Shown here in pieces: positions 18,483-28,239 of a stretch of DNA of 64,000 nt; within the stretch, counting starts at the first letter, position 1; each line of letters opens with the position of its first letter. The notes beneath the pieces were generated by a model, which had not been told where the DNA came from, did no database searches, and saw only the letters and a program-made list of their open reading frames with translations. This DNA is from an uncultured Elusimicrobia bacterium (GTDB lineage Bacteria; Elusimicrobiota; Elusimicrobia; Elusimicrobiales; Elusimicrobiaceae): positions 103,746-167,745 of the forward strand of contig CAMECJ010000003.1 in assembly GCA_945913025.1 (NCBI GenBank), written 5' to 3'. The translations under genes were made by a program, and so were the position numbers.

Positions 18483-20843
18483 ATGAAATACCTTTGCATA
18501 CACGGACATTTTTACCAACCGCCGCGCGAAAACGCTTGGCTGGACGAAATTGAACTCCAAGAAAGCGCGGCGCCGTTTCACGACTGGAACGAACGCATCT
18601 GTGCGGAGTGTTATTCGCCCAATGCGTTGGCGCGCGTGCTCAACGACAAACAAGATTTAACCGAACTTACCAACAATTACGCCCGTATCAGCTTTAACTT
18701 CGGGCCTACGCTTCTTTCGTGGATGGAAAAGAAAGAGCCCGAAGTCTACCAGGCAGTTTTAGAGGCCGACCGCCTGAGCCGGCAGCGTTTCGGCGGACAC
18801 GGCAGCGCGATTGCCCAGGCATACAACCACATGATTTTACCGCTCGCCAACGCGCACGATAAAGAAACGCAAATCAAATGGGGTATCGCCGATTTCAAAA
18901 AACGTTTCGGCCGCGAGCCGGAAGCGTTATGGCTGGCCGAAACGGCCTGCAACACCGAAACGCTGTGCACGCTTGCCGATAACGGGATGAAGTTCGTCAT
19001 TTTAGCCCCAGGCCAGTGCGCGCGGGTGCGTAAAATCGGCGAAAATACGTGGAAAAACGTCGGCGCGGCAGTGGACCCCAAACGCGCGTACCAATGCAAT
19101 TTACCGAACGGGAAAAAAATCGCGCTGTTCTTTTATGACGGCCCGATTTCGCAGGGTATTGCGTTTGCCGACACGCTTTCCTCGGGTGAAAAATTCGCTT
19201 CGCGCCTATTAGGTACATACAATACCGGAGACGAACCGCAGTTAATGCACATCGCCACTGACGGCGAAACGTACGGACACCATCAAAAATTTGCCGATAT
19301 GGCGCTGGCGTACTGCCTTAAAAAAGTGGAAGAATCGCCGGACGTGGAACTGACCGTATACGGCGAATTTCTGGAAAAACATCCGCCGTTGTATGAAGCG
19401 CAAATCGTGGAAAATACGTCCTGGAGCTGCTTTCACGGCGTGGAACGGTGGCGGTCGGACTGCGGCTGCAATTCGGGCCGCGCGGGCTGGAACCAAAAAT
19501 GGCGCGGACCGCTGCGCGCCGCGCTCGACTTTATCCGCGATGAAATGATTAAAACGTTTGAAACGGTCGGGGGCGAATACTTTAAAGACCCGTGGGCCGC
19601 ACGCAACGATTACGTAGAATTAATGATGGACCGCAGCCTGGACGCGCAGCACCGCTTTTTCCTGCGCCACGCCACCGAAAAAGCGTGGGTGGACCGCACC
19701 ACGGCCTTAATGCTGCTGGAAATGCAGAAAAACGCGCTGTTTATGTACACCAGCTGCGGTTGGTTCTTCGACGAAGTAAGCGGGCTTGAAACGGTGCAGA
19801 TTATGCAGTACGCCGCGCGCGCGCTGGAACTCAACCGTGTGATTACGGGCACCGATTTGGAACCCGAATTTGTGGCAAAGCTCGCGCTGGCGCCCAGCAA
19901 CATTAAAGAAATCAAAAACGGGGCCACGGCATACGAACGCTACGTAAAACCGCAGGCGATGCCGATGGAAAAAATCGCGCTGATGCACATCGTTACCCTG
20001 CTGGCGGACGAAACGGTCAATCCGCACCGCGCATACGAATGCGAAGTGCTTTCGTACGAACCCAAAAAACTGACGGCGCAGGGTGTATCGCTCTGCTACG
20101 GTTCGATTACGCTTAAATCCACCGTAACACTGGCGGAAAAAAATATACCGTTTGCCGTGTTCCGGCGCGGGGCGGCGGAATTTGTGTGCGCCGCGGGCGA
20201 CAAAGGGGACCGCAACGCCCTTTTCGCGCGGATTGAAGAACTGTTCTCCACCGCCGATTACGAAGGACTGGCGGCGTTTCTTCGCGAAAATTTCGCCCAA
20301 CACTATCCGCTGATTTCCATGGTGCCCGACGTGCGCCGCAAAGTAACCGACGTTACCCTGCGCGCCATGGACGAACAGACGGATAAAGAGTTTACCCGCA
20401 TTTTTGAAACGCAATACCCAATCGTGCGCGGCCTGCAGTTAATCGGCGCGCCGATTCCCAAAACGTTCCTATCGGTAGCGGAGTTTGTGCTGTCGGCCGA
20501 TTTAAAGGCGGAATTTCGCGCCTCGGACATTAACATAAACGCACTGGAAGAGTTAATGGAGGACGTTAAAACGCTGGGGATTGACGTCTACGGCGGCGCG
20601 GTGAAAGACGCGGTAACCGAAAAACTGACGTTTTTGGCGTTTTCGTTTGCGCGCAAACCGCAGGATACGGCCGCCGCACTCAAGTTGGTGGAATTTTTAA
20701 ATTACGCCGACATCTTCGGCTTCAAGCCCGACACGGTCAAAGCACAGGAATTTGTGTTCTTCGGGCTGCGCGCATTAGGCGAAGATGCCAAGAAAAAAGA
20801 CATTCTGCGCGCGCTGGCGCGGAAACTGAAAATCGCGCTTTAA
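18483..20843 (+). CDS. Glycoside hydrolase family 57 / DUF3536 protein
   Basis: HGHFYQPPREN, WLAET, TDGETYGHH and MYTSCGWFFD motifs; start moved to MKYLC. Confidence 0.88.
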   Translation: MKYLCIHGHFYQPPRENAWLDEIELQESAAPFHDWNERICAECYSPNALARVLNDKQDLTELTNNYARISFNFGPTLLSWMEKKEPEVYQAVLEADRLSRQRFGGHGSAIAQAYNHMILPLANAHDKETQIKWGIADFKKRFGREPEALWLAETACNTETLCTLADNGMKFVILAPGQCARVRKIGENTWKNVGAAVDPKRAYQCNLPNGKKIALFFYDGPISQGIAFADTLSSGEKFASRLLGTYNTGDEPQLMHIATDGETYGHHQKFADMALAYCLKKVEESPDVELTVYGEFLEKHPPLYEAQIVENTSWSCFHGVERWRSDCGCNSGRAGWNQKWRGPLRAALDFIRDEMIKTFETVGGEYFKDPWAARNDYVELMMDRSLDAQHRFFLRHATEKAWVDRTTALMLLEMQKNALFMYTSCGWFFDEVSGLETVQIMQYAARALELNRVITGTDLEPEFVAKLALAPSNIKEIKNGATAYERYVKPQAMPMEKIALMHIVTLLADETVNPHRAYECEVLSYEPKKLTAQGVSLCYGSITLKSTVTLAEKNIPFAVFRRGAAEFVCAAGDKGDRNALFARIEELFSTADYEGLAAFLRENFAQHYPLISMVPDVRRKVTDVTLRAMDEQTDKEFTRIFETQYPIVRGLQLIGAPIPKTFLSVAEFVLSADLKAEFRASDININALEELMEDVKTLGIDVYGGAVKDAVTEKLTFLAFSFARKPQDTAAALKLVEFLNYADIFGFKPDTVKAQEFVFFGLRALGEDAKKKDILRALARKLKIAL

Positions 20844-20857
20844 CCGAATTCGTTCCG

Positions 20858-20898
20858 AAAAAAACTCCCGAAACGGAAAACCGCTTCGGGAGTTTTTT
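20858..20898. terminator. Bidirectional terminator
   Basis: AAAAAAACTCCCGAA...TTCGGGAGTTTTTT. Confidence 0.8.
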
Positions 20899-20909
20899 GC
20901 CCTTATAAC

Positions 20910-21764
20910 TTAATGCAACCCGCACTTACAAACGTGGTCTTTTTCAAAATTAGCCAGGCTTTCTTTTTCCTGCGGCTTGTATTCGCTGGTACGGCGGATA
21001 AGTTCGTCAAAATCAATCGTTTTGGACGGAAACATCGGGCCTTCCACACACGCAAAACGCACTTTTCCTTCTACTGTTACACGACAGCAGCCGCACATAC
21101 CGGTACCGTCAAGCATAATGGGGTTCAGGCTGGAAAACGGTTCCATGCCCAGTTTGTCCATTAAGCGCGAGGTAAATTTCATCATCGGAATCGGCCCGAT
21201 AATAAAACCGGCGGCGATTTTTTCGCCTTCGTCGTGCAGTTTTTGGATGGCGTCTGTCACCATTCCTTTCATGCCAAAAGAGCCGTCATCGGTGGTGCTG
21301 ACGGTTTTGTCGCACAAAGCAGACATTTCCGGTTCCAAGATGAGCAAATCTTTCGTGCGCGCGCCGAGTACCGCAATCACGCGGTTTCCGGCTTCTTTAA
21401 ACGCGCGGGCGATCGGGTACACTTCAGCAATACCCACGCCGCCGCCCACAACGGCCACCGTGCCGTAGTTTTTAATTTCCACGGGGGTGCCCAAGGGGCC
21501 GGCCACGTTCAAGAATTTTTCGCCTTGTTTGAACGAGTTAAACATTGCGGTCGATTTACCGATGGCCTGAATGATAACGGTAATGGTGCCTTTTTGCGCG
21601 TCCCAATCCACGAGCGTCACGGGTACGCGTTCGCCGCCTTCACGTCCGCGCAAAATAACAAACTGCCCCGCTTTGGCGGACTTGGCGATGAGGGGTTTAT
21701 AGATAACGAATTTCACCACCACACCGCTTAAATTTTCCTTTACTAAAATGGTATTTTCTTCCAT
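20910..21764 (-). CDS. nfnA: Ferredoxin-NADP reductase-like subunit (NfnA/SudB-like, FAD and 2Fe-2S)
   Basis: KAGQFVI, GPLG, GGGVG and DGTGMCGCCRV...CVEGP motifs; start MEEN at 21764. Confidence 0.82.
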   Translation of the reverse strand: MEENTILVKENLSGVVVKFVIYKPLIAKSAKAGQFVILRGREGGERVPVTLVDWDAQKGTITVIIQAIGKSTAMFNSFKQGEKFLNVAGPLGTPVEIKNYGTVAVVGGGVGIAEVYPIARAFKEAGNRVIAVLGARTKDLLILEPEMSALCDKTVSTTDDGSFGMKGMVTDAIQKLHDEGEKIAAGFIIGPIPMMKFTSRLMDKLGMEPFSSLNPIMLDGTGMCGCCRVTVEGKVRFACVEGPMFPSKTIDFDELIRRTSEYKPQEKESLANFEKDHVCKCGLH

Positions 21765-21765
21765 A

Positions 21766-23154
21766 TTATTTTCCCTCAAGATATTTGTTAATGCGTCCGG
21801 CGGCTTCAATACCGTCCTTCATCGCCAAAAGCACCGTCGCGCCGCCGCGGATAATATCTCCCCCCGCATACACACCCGCAAGCGTCGTTTTGCCTTCCGC
21901 GTTGAGTTCCAGCACGCCGCGCTCGGTGGTTTTCAGTTCGGGAGTCGTTTTGGCGATAATCGGGTTGGGCTTCTGTCCGATAGCCACGATAATGGTGTCT
22001 ACAGGCAGTACAAATTCCGATCCGGCGATTTCCACCGGCCGTCTGCGGCCTTTTTCGTCCGGCGCGCCGAGTTCGTTGCGCGTGCATTTCAGTCCCGCCA
22101 CGTGCCCCGTTTCGTCCACCACTACTTCTTTAGGCGTTACCAGATATTCAAACACTACGCCTTCTTCCTTTGCGTGTTCCACTTCCGCCGCGCGTGCGGG
22201 CATTTCGGCCGCGCTTCTGCGGTAGGCCACCGTTACGCTGTCCGGCCCCAAACGCATGGCGCATCGGGCCGCGTCCATTGCGCTGTTTCCGCCGCCCAAT
22301 ACTACAACGCGCTTACCGATACGGATCGGCGTATCCGTATCGGGGAATTTATAGGCTTGCATCAAATTCACGCGCGTTAAAAATTCGTTTGCACTGTATA
22401 CGCCCACGGCATTCTCCCCCGGGATGCCCGTCAGCGTAGGCAGGCCCGCGCCGGAACCGACGTATACGGCGTCAAATTCTTTCAACAAATCCGCAATTTT
22501 TTCCGTCGCGCCGACGAGTACGTCCGTACGGAATTTTACGCCCATCGATTTAACGGTTTCAATTTCGTGGTCAATCACTTCGCGCGGCAAGCGGAACGAA
22601 GGAATCCCGTAACGCAGTACGCCGCCGAACGCATGCAAGGCTTCAAACACGGTTACATCGTGGCCGGCACGCGCCAGTTCAGCCGCCGCCGCAATAGAGG
22701 ACGGACCGGAACCGATACAGGCCACTTTTTTGCCCGTGGGAGCGGCACAGACCGGCGTTTTGAGAAGCCCTTCTTTGCGGGCGGTGTCAGCGGTATAGCG
22801 TTCCAGCTGGCCAATGTTGACGGAACCGAAACGGTCTTTTAAAATGCAGTTGCCTTCGCAGTGTTTTTCCTGCGGGCAGACGCGGCCGCAAATGGCGGGA
22901 AGCAAACTGGTTTCCATAATTTTGCTGACGGCTTCGCCGACTTTATCTTCTTTTAACAGCGCGATAAACGCCGGAATCTGGACGCCTACGGGGCAGTTGG
23001 CCTGACAACGCGGATTTTTGCAATTTAAACAGCGGTCTGCTTCGGCCAGCGCTTCTTCTTTGGTAAAAATCTGGGCAACTTCTTCGAAGTTGCGTTTGCG
23101 CACGGCGGGATCCAACTGTTTGCCGTTATGACGCGGTGCGGACGGATTAGGCAT
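21766..23154 (-). CDS. nfnB: NADPH-dependent glutamate synthase small-subunit homolog (NfnB/SudA-like)
   Basis: RCLNC..P.C...CP, CGRVCPQE, GSGPS and GGGNSAMD motifs. Pairing with an nfnA-like gene suggests an electron-bifurcating transhydrogenase. Confidence 0.82.
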   Translation of the reverse strand: MPNPSAPRHNGKQLDPAVRKRNFEEVAQIFTKEEALAEADRCLNCKNPRCQANCPVGVQIPAFIALLKEDKVGEAVSKIMETSLLPAICGRVCPQEKHCEGNCILKDRFGSVNIGQLERYTADTARKEGLLKTPVCAAPTGKKVACIGSGPSSIAAAAELARAGHDVTVFEALHAFGGVLRYGIPSFRLPREVIDHEIETVKSMGVKFRTDVLVGATEKIADLLKEFDAVYVGSGAGLPTLTGIPGENAVGVYSANEFLTRVNLMQAYKFPDTDTPIRIGKRVVVLGGGNSAMDAARCAMRLGPDSVTVAYRRSAAEMPARAAEVEHAKEEGVVFEYLVTPKEVVVDETGHVAGLKCTRNELGAPDEKGRRRPVEIAGSEFVLPVDTIIVAIGQKPNPIIAKTTPELKTTERGVLELNAEGKTTLAGVYAGGDIIRGGATVLLAMKDGIEAAGRINKYLEGK

Positions 23155-23303
23155 AATACATTCTCCTTACAAACTAATTCAAAAATACGATGGGCAAAAA
23201 ATTATTTTGCCGTTATACTACCATAAATAGAGGGAATTTTCTTCCCGCTGTTTGTTGTACAATATATATATAACATTATAGCAAAGCAAAAGGAGGGGTA
23301 TAT

Positions 23304-23669
23304 ATGTGTCATAAATGTCATTGCGGCGGAGCGGGTCTTGCCGCTTTTGTTTTTGGTGTGTTGGCCGGCGCGGCCGCCGGAGCCGCTGTTGGGTTGCTTT
23401 TTGCGCCCGCAAAAGGGGAAACCACCCGCCGGAAACTAAAAAAATTAGCTTCCGACGCGTACGAGGACCAGAAAGAATTTATTCTGGAACACGCGGGCGA
23501 CTTAAAAGAAAAAGTGAAAGAACGCGCGGACGAAATGCGCGAAAAAATTTCCGAAAAAGCTTCGGACGTGCGCGAACGTCTGGCCGACGGAAAAGAAAAA
23601 GTAGCGAAAGAATTTGCCAAACGCAAAGAAGAATTTGCCGCCAAATTCAAAAAAGAAGAAGACAAATAA
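23304..23669 (+). CDS. YtxH domain-containing protein
   Basis: GAAVGLLFAPAKGETTR motif followed by a charged helical repeat. Confidence 0.9.
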   Translation: MCHKCHCGGAGLAAFVFGVLAGAAAGAAVGLLFAPAKGETTRRKLKKLASDAYEDQKEFILEHAGDLKEKVKERADEMREKISEKASDVRERLADGKEKVAKEFAKRKEEFAAKFKKEEDK

Positions 23670-23690
23670 ACGCTTTTTCAGGTTTTTTGC

Positions 23691-23719
23691 AAAAGGCTCC
23701 GTTACGCGGAGCCTTTTTT
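23691..23719. terminator. Bidirectional terminator between ytxH-like gene and pilin 3
   Basis: AAAAGGCTCCG...CGGAGCCTTTTTT. Confidence 0.8.
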
Positions 23720-23779
23720 ACGCAAAACCGTTATTATTTGACGTGAAGAAGCGTTCTCAAAATTATATTTCCCGCGTAC

Positions 23780-24295
23780 TTACAGTTTGGGAATTGCCAT
23801 CACTTTACCGCTGCCCGAACCGCCCAAAGATTTGCACAAATACACGCCAAGTTTACTGTTATACATTACCACACATTGATCGTCGTCCCAAGTAAAGATA
23901 CGCTGTACAACCACATGCGGCGAATAATAAAAATCAAGCCGCCAACCGCCGTCTTGTTGTAACACATAACGGATATTTTTACTCGGATAACTGACCTGCG
24001 TAAAATTTTCCCCTTTTTCGACGGTTCCGCCGGACGGCAGCGTCACGTCCAGCGAGTCCAAATCCGCAGTATAGGTTCCGTTGGCAATTTTATATACCTC
24101 TTCGGCGTTGACGATACTTTTCCCCACAAGAAGCCCCTCGGCCAACCGAGCTTTGGCTACCGCTTTTTGGTATTGCGGCAGCGCGACAGAAGACAAAATG
24201 CCAATAATCAAAACAACAACCAACAGCTCAATTAACGTAAAACCTTTTTTACTGGATTCCGTGTCCACGTCCGGAATGACATCATTTTTATACAT
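23780..24295 (-). CDS. Type IV pilin-like protein 3
   Basis: MYKNDVIPDVDTESSKKG|FTLIELL...LPQYQKAV. Confidence 0.9.
   Translation of the reverse strand: MYKNDVIPDVDTESSKKGFTLIELLVVVLIIGILSSVALPQYQKAVAKARLAEGLLVGKSIVNAEEVYKIANGTYTADLDSLDVTLPSGGTVEKGENFTQVSYPSKNIRYVLQQDGGWRLDFYYSPHVVVQRIFTWDDDQCVVMYNSKLGVYLCKSLGGSGSGKVMAIPKL
24251..24280 (-). repeat. 30-bp half element inside the pilin 3 leader
   Basis: GTCATTCCGGACGTGGACACGGAATCCAGT, read as VIPDVDTESS. Confidence 0.7.
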
Positions 24296-24339
24296 GGGAC
24301 AATACCCCCTTATTCCGGTTTGGCAGCGGCCCTTCTCAC

Positions 24340-24417
24340 GTCATTCCCGAATGTTGTAATCGGAAATCTTGTTGTTGCGTAACGGCGAGATTCCGTACTA
24401 CAACCTTACGGAATGAC
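24340..24417. repeat. 78-bp MITE-like element in the pilin 3 5' UTR
   Basis: TIRs GTCATTCC / GGAATGAC, each arm itself a hairpin. Confidence 0.8.
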
Positions 24418-24457
24418 GCTAGAGAACGATACAGCCGCCACACCTGGAATTATCCCC

Positions 24458-24483
24458 ATGTTATCAAAAAAAAAACGGGTCAA
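24458..24483 (-). promoter_or_regulatory. Poly-T-spacer promoter of pilin 3 (T10, 14-bp spacer)
   Basis: TTGACC-CG-T10-GA-TAACAT; A run at 24466-24475. Confidence 0.75.
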
Positions 24484-24701
24484 GGGGAGAGCCGCCCCGC
24501 CCTTACCCACCACGCTTATTTGATTACTTGAGCCACACTGTTTAGGACATGATGCCAATTACGGACAAGCGAGCCCCAAAAGCCTGTCTGCAAGACACGG
24601 GCCGCGGAGATTGTCCGCGTTCTTTTGACTAATGAAGCCACATTGTTTTAGAAATGACGCAAAGTTATGAACAGACCAGCAGAACGGCCCCGGAAACCCA
24701 C

Positions 24702-24736
24702 AAAAAAATCCGCCCCAGTAACGGAGCGGATTTTTT
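24702..24736 (-). terminator. Terminator after the GH3-like gene
   Basis: AAAAAAATCCGC...GCGGATTTTTT. Confidence 0.7.
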
Positions 24737-24752
24737 CACACTAATAAATCTT

Positions 24753-25700
24753 TTATTTTTCAAACGACTGGCCAGCCAACGCAAAGGCATCTTGTAACGC
24801 CATCGGCTCCGGCCCGGCGTTTACTTTGCTGATGAACATTTCGTGGTTGGACACGGCACGCGTAATTTCGTCAAACAAAAATCCTTTGTCGGTTTCGCGT
24901 TCCACGGCGTCGATAATGCTCTCGGCGTTTTTGGGGGCGAAAATATCCTCTATTCCGCAATGCAGCATTTTGACGGCGCCGGCTTCCTCGTAACGCAGGC
25001 GCGCTTTAAACAGCGGGAAACTGACTACGCAGCCTTTGTAATTAAGCCGTTTCTTCAAAAGACCTTTAATCATTTTGTCCGACAGCATCGCTTGGTTGTC
25101 GTTGTCAATGTTGGGGAACGTCATATCGGACGGCATAATACAGTCCGCACGGCGAAATACGTGTTTATAAGGCACAAATTCTGCGTCTTCCATTTGCGCC
25201 AGCGTCTTAAGCACCCCTGACACCCCGGGGAAATACTTTACGCAATTCAGCGCGCCGCCGTTGGAAAGCCCTGCAATAAAATCCCCCGCCAGCCGCGTAA
25301 CGGTCATCGGATCATCCCCAAACGCCGCGGACGAATACCCCAAATCCACCACGGGCGCAAGCACCCAGTCAAGCCCTGCCGCGCGCGCCATACGCGCCGT
25401 TAAGTTTCCCTTGCGGTAGGCCGCATCCTGCGGGACGGGAAAAGAATTTAAAGAAATATTGGAAGGGAGCACGGGCGCATCGGTAATAATCTCACTTAAA
25501 TCTTCACCGATATCCGCACAGAACAACAGGCGCCCGTACGGCGAAACATCATTCATCCGGCGCGTAAAGTCCAGCGTTTCCTGCGCCGTACCGCCGTATA
25601 CGCAAAAACCGCCTACGCCGCGCCGCGCCAAATTGGCGGCTTCCTCAAAACTGCTTTCGCCAAAACAAAAACGGGGAAAAACAATACGCGCTGGTTTCAT
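24753..25700 (-). CDS. Degenerate GH3 N-terminal (NagZ-like) domain protein
   Basis: GH3 scaffold (LAPVVDL, FGDDP..V, KYFPG) with altered catalytic motifs; start MKPAR. Confidence 0.7.
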   Translation of the reverse strand: MKPARIVFPRFCFGESSFEEAANLARRGVGGFCVYGGTAQETLDFTRRMNDVSPYGRLLFCADIGEDLSEIITDAPVLPSNISLNSFPVPQDAAYRKGNLTARMARAAGLDWVLAPVVDLGYSSAAFGDDPMTVTRLAGDFIAGLSNGGALNCVKYFPGVSGVLKTLAQMEDAEFVPYKHVFRRADCIMPSDMTFPNIDNDNQAMLSDKMIKGLLKKRLNYKGCVVSFPLFKARLRYEEAGAVKMLHCGIEDIFAPKNAESIIDAVERETDKGFLFDEITRAVSNHEMFISKVNAGPEPMALQDAFALAGQSFEK

Positions 25701-25735
25701 ACAAAAGACTCCTGACACGTGCAGACGCTAACATT

Positions 25736-26608
25736 TTACTCCAACACCGACGGGAAAAGCGCATCTTCCGTGGCGGAGGGCCCGATAAATACGCCTCCGG
25801 CCGCTTCACCGGAATTTTCCGCCGCAGGCTCAAGCGGCTCGTCCGGAAGAACTTCGGGGCGGCCCGGCGTTTTGAGCCATTGAATAACCGACGGGATTAA
25901 ATACTTGTCTAACATTTCGTGCGACGTTAAATCGTATGCAGTTAAAAAAGTAACACGGCCGTTGTCCTCGCCGGTAGATACATACGCCACATTACGAATG
26001 ACGCTGGCCTCTAAAAACATTTTTTTGTCCGCCGCACCTGCAGCAATAAGCACATTGCCTTCTTTATATACGCGTAAGGACGGAATAGTCAGCACGTCGC
26101 GCACATTGGCGGCGGGGCTGATGAGAGCCAGCATCGGCATCTCCGGTGCGAACGTCACGCTCTTGGCGGCCACATTGGCGCCTAAACCTGCGCCCAACAC
26201 GGCTATATCCGTATCCAAAACGCCTTTTTTCTTTAAAAAAGCAAGCGCGGCAAGCACATCGCGCGTCATTTTGTTAAACTCGTTATCCACCCCCTCTTTG
26301 GCAAAAGAGGACGCAGTTCCTTTACCTGTACTTTGGCCGTATCCGCGCAAATCCACAGCCAAATATCCGAACCCCGCATGTGCCAAAGCGTTTTTAAAAG
26401 ACGTAAACGCTTCTTTCGTTTTGCCTAAATCGTGCAACAACACAACGGTACGTTCTCCGTCCTGCGCAGGCATATAAAGTGCAGACAAAGCCCATCCGTC
26501 CTGCGTATCAAGCGTAACGGGTGTTTCTTTAATCTCCGCGCCGGTCAGCGGCAGGCACAACGCAAGCAAGGCCGCCGGCGCGAAGTTTTTTATAAAACGG
26601 CTAAACAT
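25736..26608 (-). CDS. Exported alpha/beta-hydrolase-fold protein
   Basis: Signal peptide; DLRGYGQS motif; nucleophile elbow reads GAGLG. Confidence 0.8.
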   Translation of the reverse strand: MFSRFIKNFAPAALLALCLPLTGAEIKETPVTLDTQDGWALSALYMPAQDGERTVVLLHDLGKTKEAFTSFKNALAHAGFGYLAVDLRGYGQSTGKGTASSFAKEGVDNEFNKMTRDVLAALAFLKKKGVLDTDIAVLGAGLGANVAAKSVTFAPEMPMLALISPAANVRDVLTIPSLRVYKEGNVLIAAGAADKKMFLEASVIRNVAYVSTGEDNGRVTFLTAYDLTSHEMLDKYLIPSVIQWLKTPGRPEVLPDEPLEPAAENSGEAAGGVFIGPSATEDALFPSVLE

Positions 26609-27067
26609 TTAACGGTCCAACACCTCTTCGGGTTTAAACCAAAGCGCAATTTCTTTTTCCGCGTCCTCCGGCGAACCGGAAGCGTGTACGCAGTTCTGCA
26701 TCACTTCGCCGATAAAGCGGCCAAAGCTGCCGCGAATTGTCCACGGAGCGGCTTTTTCCGGATTCGTACTGCCGATTTCCTGACGGATTTTGGCGATGGC
26801 GTTTTCTCCCTGAAACACAAACGCGTAAATTTTATGGTTGGGTACGTTGTTAAACTCACCCATCATATACTGGATAACTTCATCCAAAAACGGTTTGCCT
26901 TCCAAGTTTTTGTAGTGGGCGCGCGCCAATTCTTCCGTAAGCGAAACGACCTTGGCCCCGGTCATTTGCAGGCCGAGGTGATCCAACCGGTCCAAAATCA
27001 GACCGCTGATGCGCTTTTCAATGGCATCAGGTTTAATAAGAACAAGCGTTCTTTCCAGATATCTCAT
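26609..27067 (-). CDS. ndk: Nucleoside diphosphate kinase
   Basis: RTLVLIKPDA, GSTNP, TIRG and NCVHASGS motifs. Confidence 0.95.
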   Translation of the reverse strand: MRYLERTLVLIKPDAIEKRISGLILDRLDHLGLQMTGAKVVSLTEELARAHYKNLEGKPFLDEVIQYMMGEFNNVPNHKIYAFVFQGENAIAKIRQEIGSTNPEKAAPWTIRGSFGRFIGEVMQNCVHASGSPEDAEKEIALWFKPEEVLDR

Positions 27068-27174
27068 ACAGACATTATACCAATATCGGCAAAGCTGTCA
27101 ATCCTTTTACAGTTGCAAAGGGATATACTCCGCACGGGTGAATTTAAGTATAATAAAAGATAACGGAGATAACT

Positions 27175-28239
27175 ATGGCGGAAACAAAAAATATTAAATT
27201 TGGCGTCATCGGCGCCGGAAAAATCGGCACCTTTCACACACGTACACTGGCCAAAATGTCCGGCGTGACGCTCGTCGGCGTGTGCGACCCCGACGTCATG
27301 CGCGCCCAAAAACTGGCGTGGGAACACAACTGTACGCCCTACACCAAGCCGGAAGAACTGGCGGAACAGGTGGACGCCGTTATTGTGGCGGCACCCACGC
27401 AGCTGCACCACCAAATCGGTATGTTTTTTTTGGAACGCGGTATACATACGTTGGTAGAAAAGCCTATTGCCGTAACAATGCAGGAAGCGCGCGATTTAAT
27501 TAACGCCGCCAAACGCCACAGCCTCGTGCTGCAGGTGGGCCACGTGGAACGCTTTAACCCCGCCGTAGTGGAAGCCGTCAAATATATCCATAATCCCCGT
27601 TTTATTACCATCAACCGCCAAGGCCCGTACGACGCGCGTATGTCCAACATCAGCGTGGTATTGGACCTGATGATTCACGATTTGGATCTGCTCTATACCC
27701 TTATTCCCAGCGAAGTCGTGCACGTGGAAGCGGTGGGCCTAAGCGTATTTTCCCCGCACGAGGATATCGCCAACGTACGCCTGCATTTTGCAAACGGCGC
27801 CGTGGCCGACGTGACCGCCAGCCGCGCCAGTTTTGAACGCGCACGGTATATGCACCTGTTCCAGCCGGACGGATATGTTTCCGTAGATTTTATGAATGCG
27901 CGCGTAAAAACGTACCGCAAAGAAAAACCCGTCGTACAAAATATGAACGATTTGACGGTAACATACCCCAAAGTAGAAAAACAGCTGCCTATTACAGCCG
28001 AAATTTTGCACTTTATTGACTGCATTAAAACCGCCAAAACGCCCGCACCGAGCGGAGAAAAAGGCACCAAAGCGTTGGAACTGGCTTTACAGATTATGGA
28101 AAAAATGAACCGTTTTGACGTGCCCAAAACGGGCCACCTGCACACGCCCAAGACGTTGCAAACCATCAGTACCGTTGCACGCGCCGCGCAGACCGTGATC
28201 GACGAAACGCTCGGCCATTTAAAAGGAGACGATAAATAA
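27175..28239 (+). CDS. Gfo/Idh/MocA family oxidoreductase (GnnA-like candidate)
   Basis: GAGKIG, VEKPIA, QVGHVERFNPA and DLMIHDLD motifs; translationally coupled to lpxB. Confidence 0.85.
   Translation: MAETKNIKFGVIGAGKIGTFHTRTLAKMSGVTLVGVCDPDVMRAQKLAWEHNCTPYTKPEELAEQVDAVIVAAPTQLHHQIGMFFLERGIHTLVEKPIAVTMQEARDLINAAKRHSLVLQVGHVERFNPAVVEAVKYIHNPRFITINRQGPYDARMSNISVVLDLMIHDLDLLYTLIPSEVVHVEAVGLSVFSPHEDIANVRLHFANGAVADVTASRASFERARYMHLFQPDGYVSVDFMNARVKTYRKEKPVVQNMNDLTVTYPKVEKQLPITAEILHFIDCIKTAKTPAPSGEKGTKALELALQIMEKMNRFDVPKTGHLHTPKTLQTISTVARAAQTVIDETLGHLKGDDK

Noticed and set aside
24510-24690. Degenerate CRISPR array
   Set aside because: Only two diverged units, similarity extends across the would-be spacer, and there are no cas genes.
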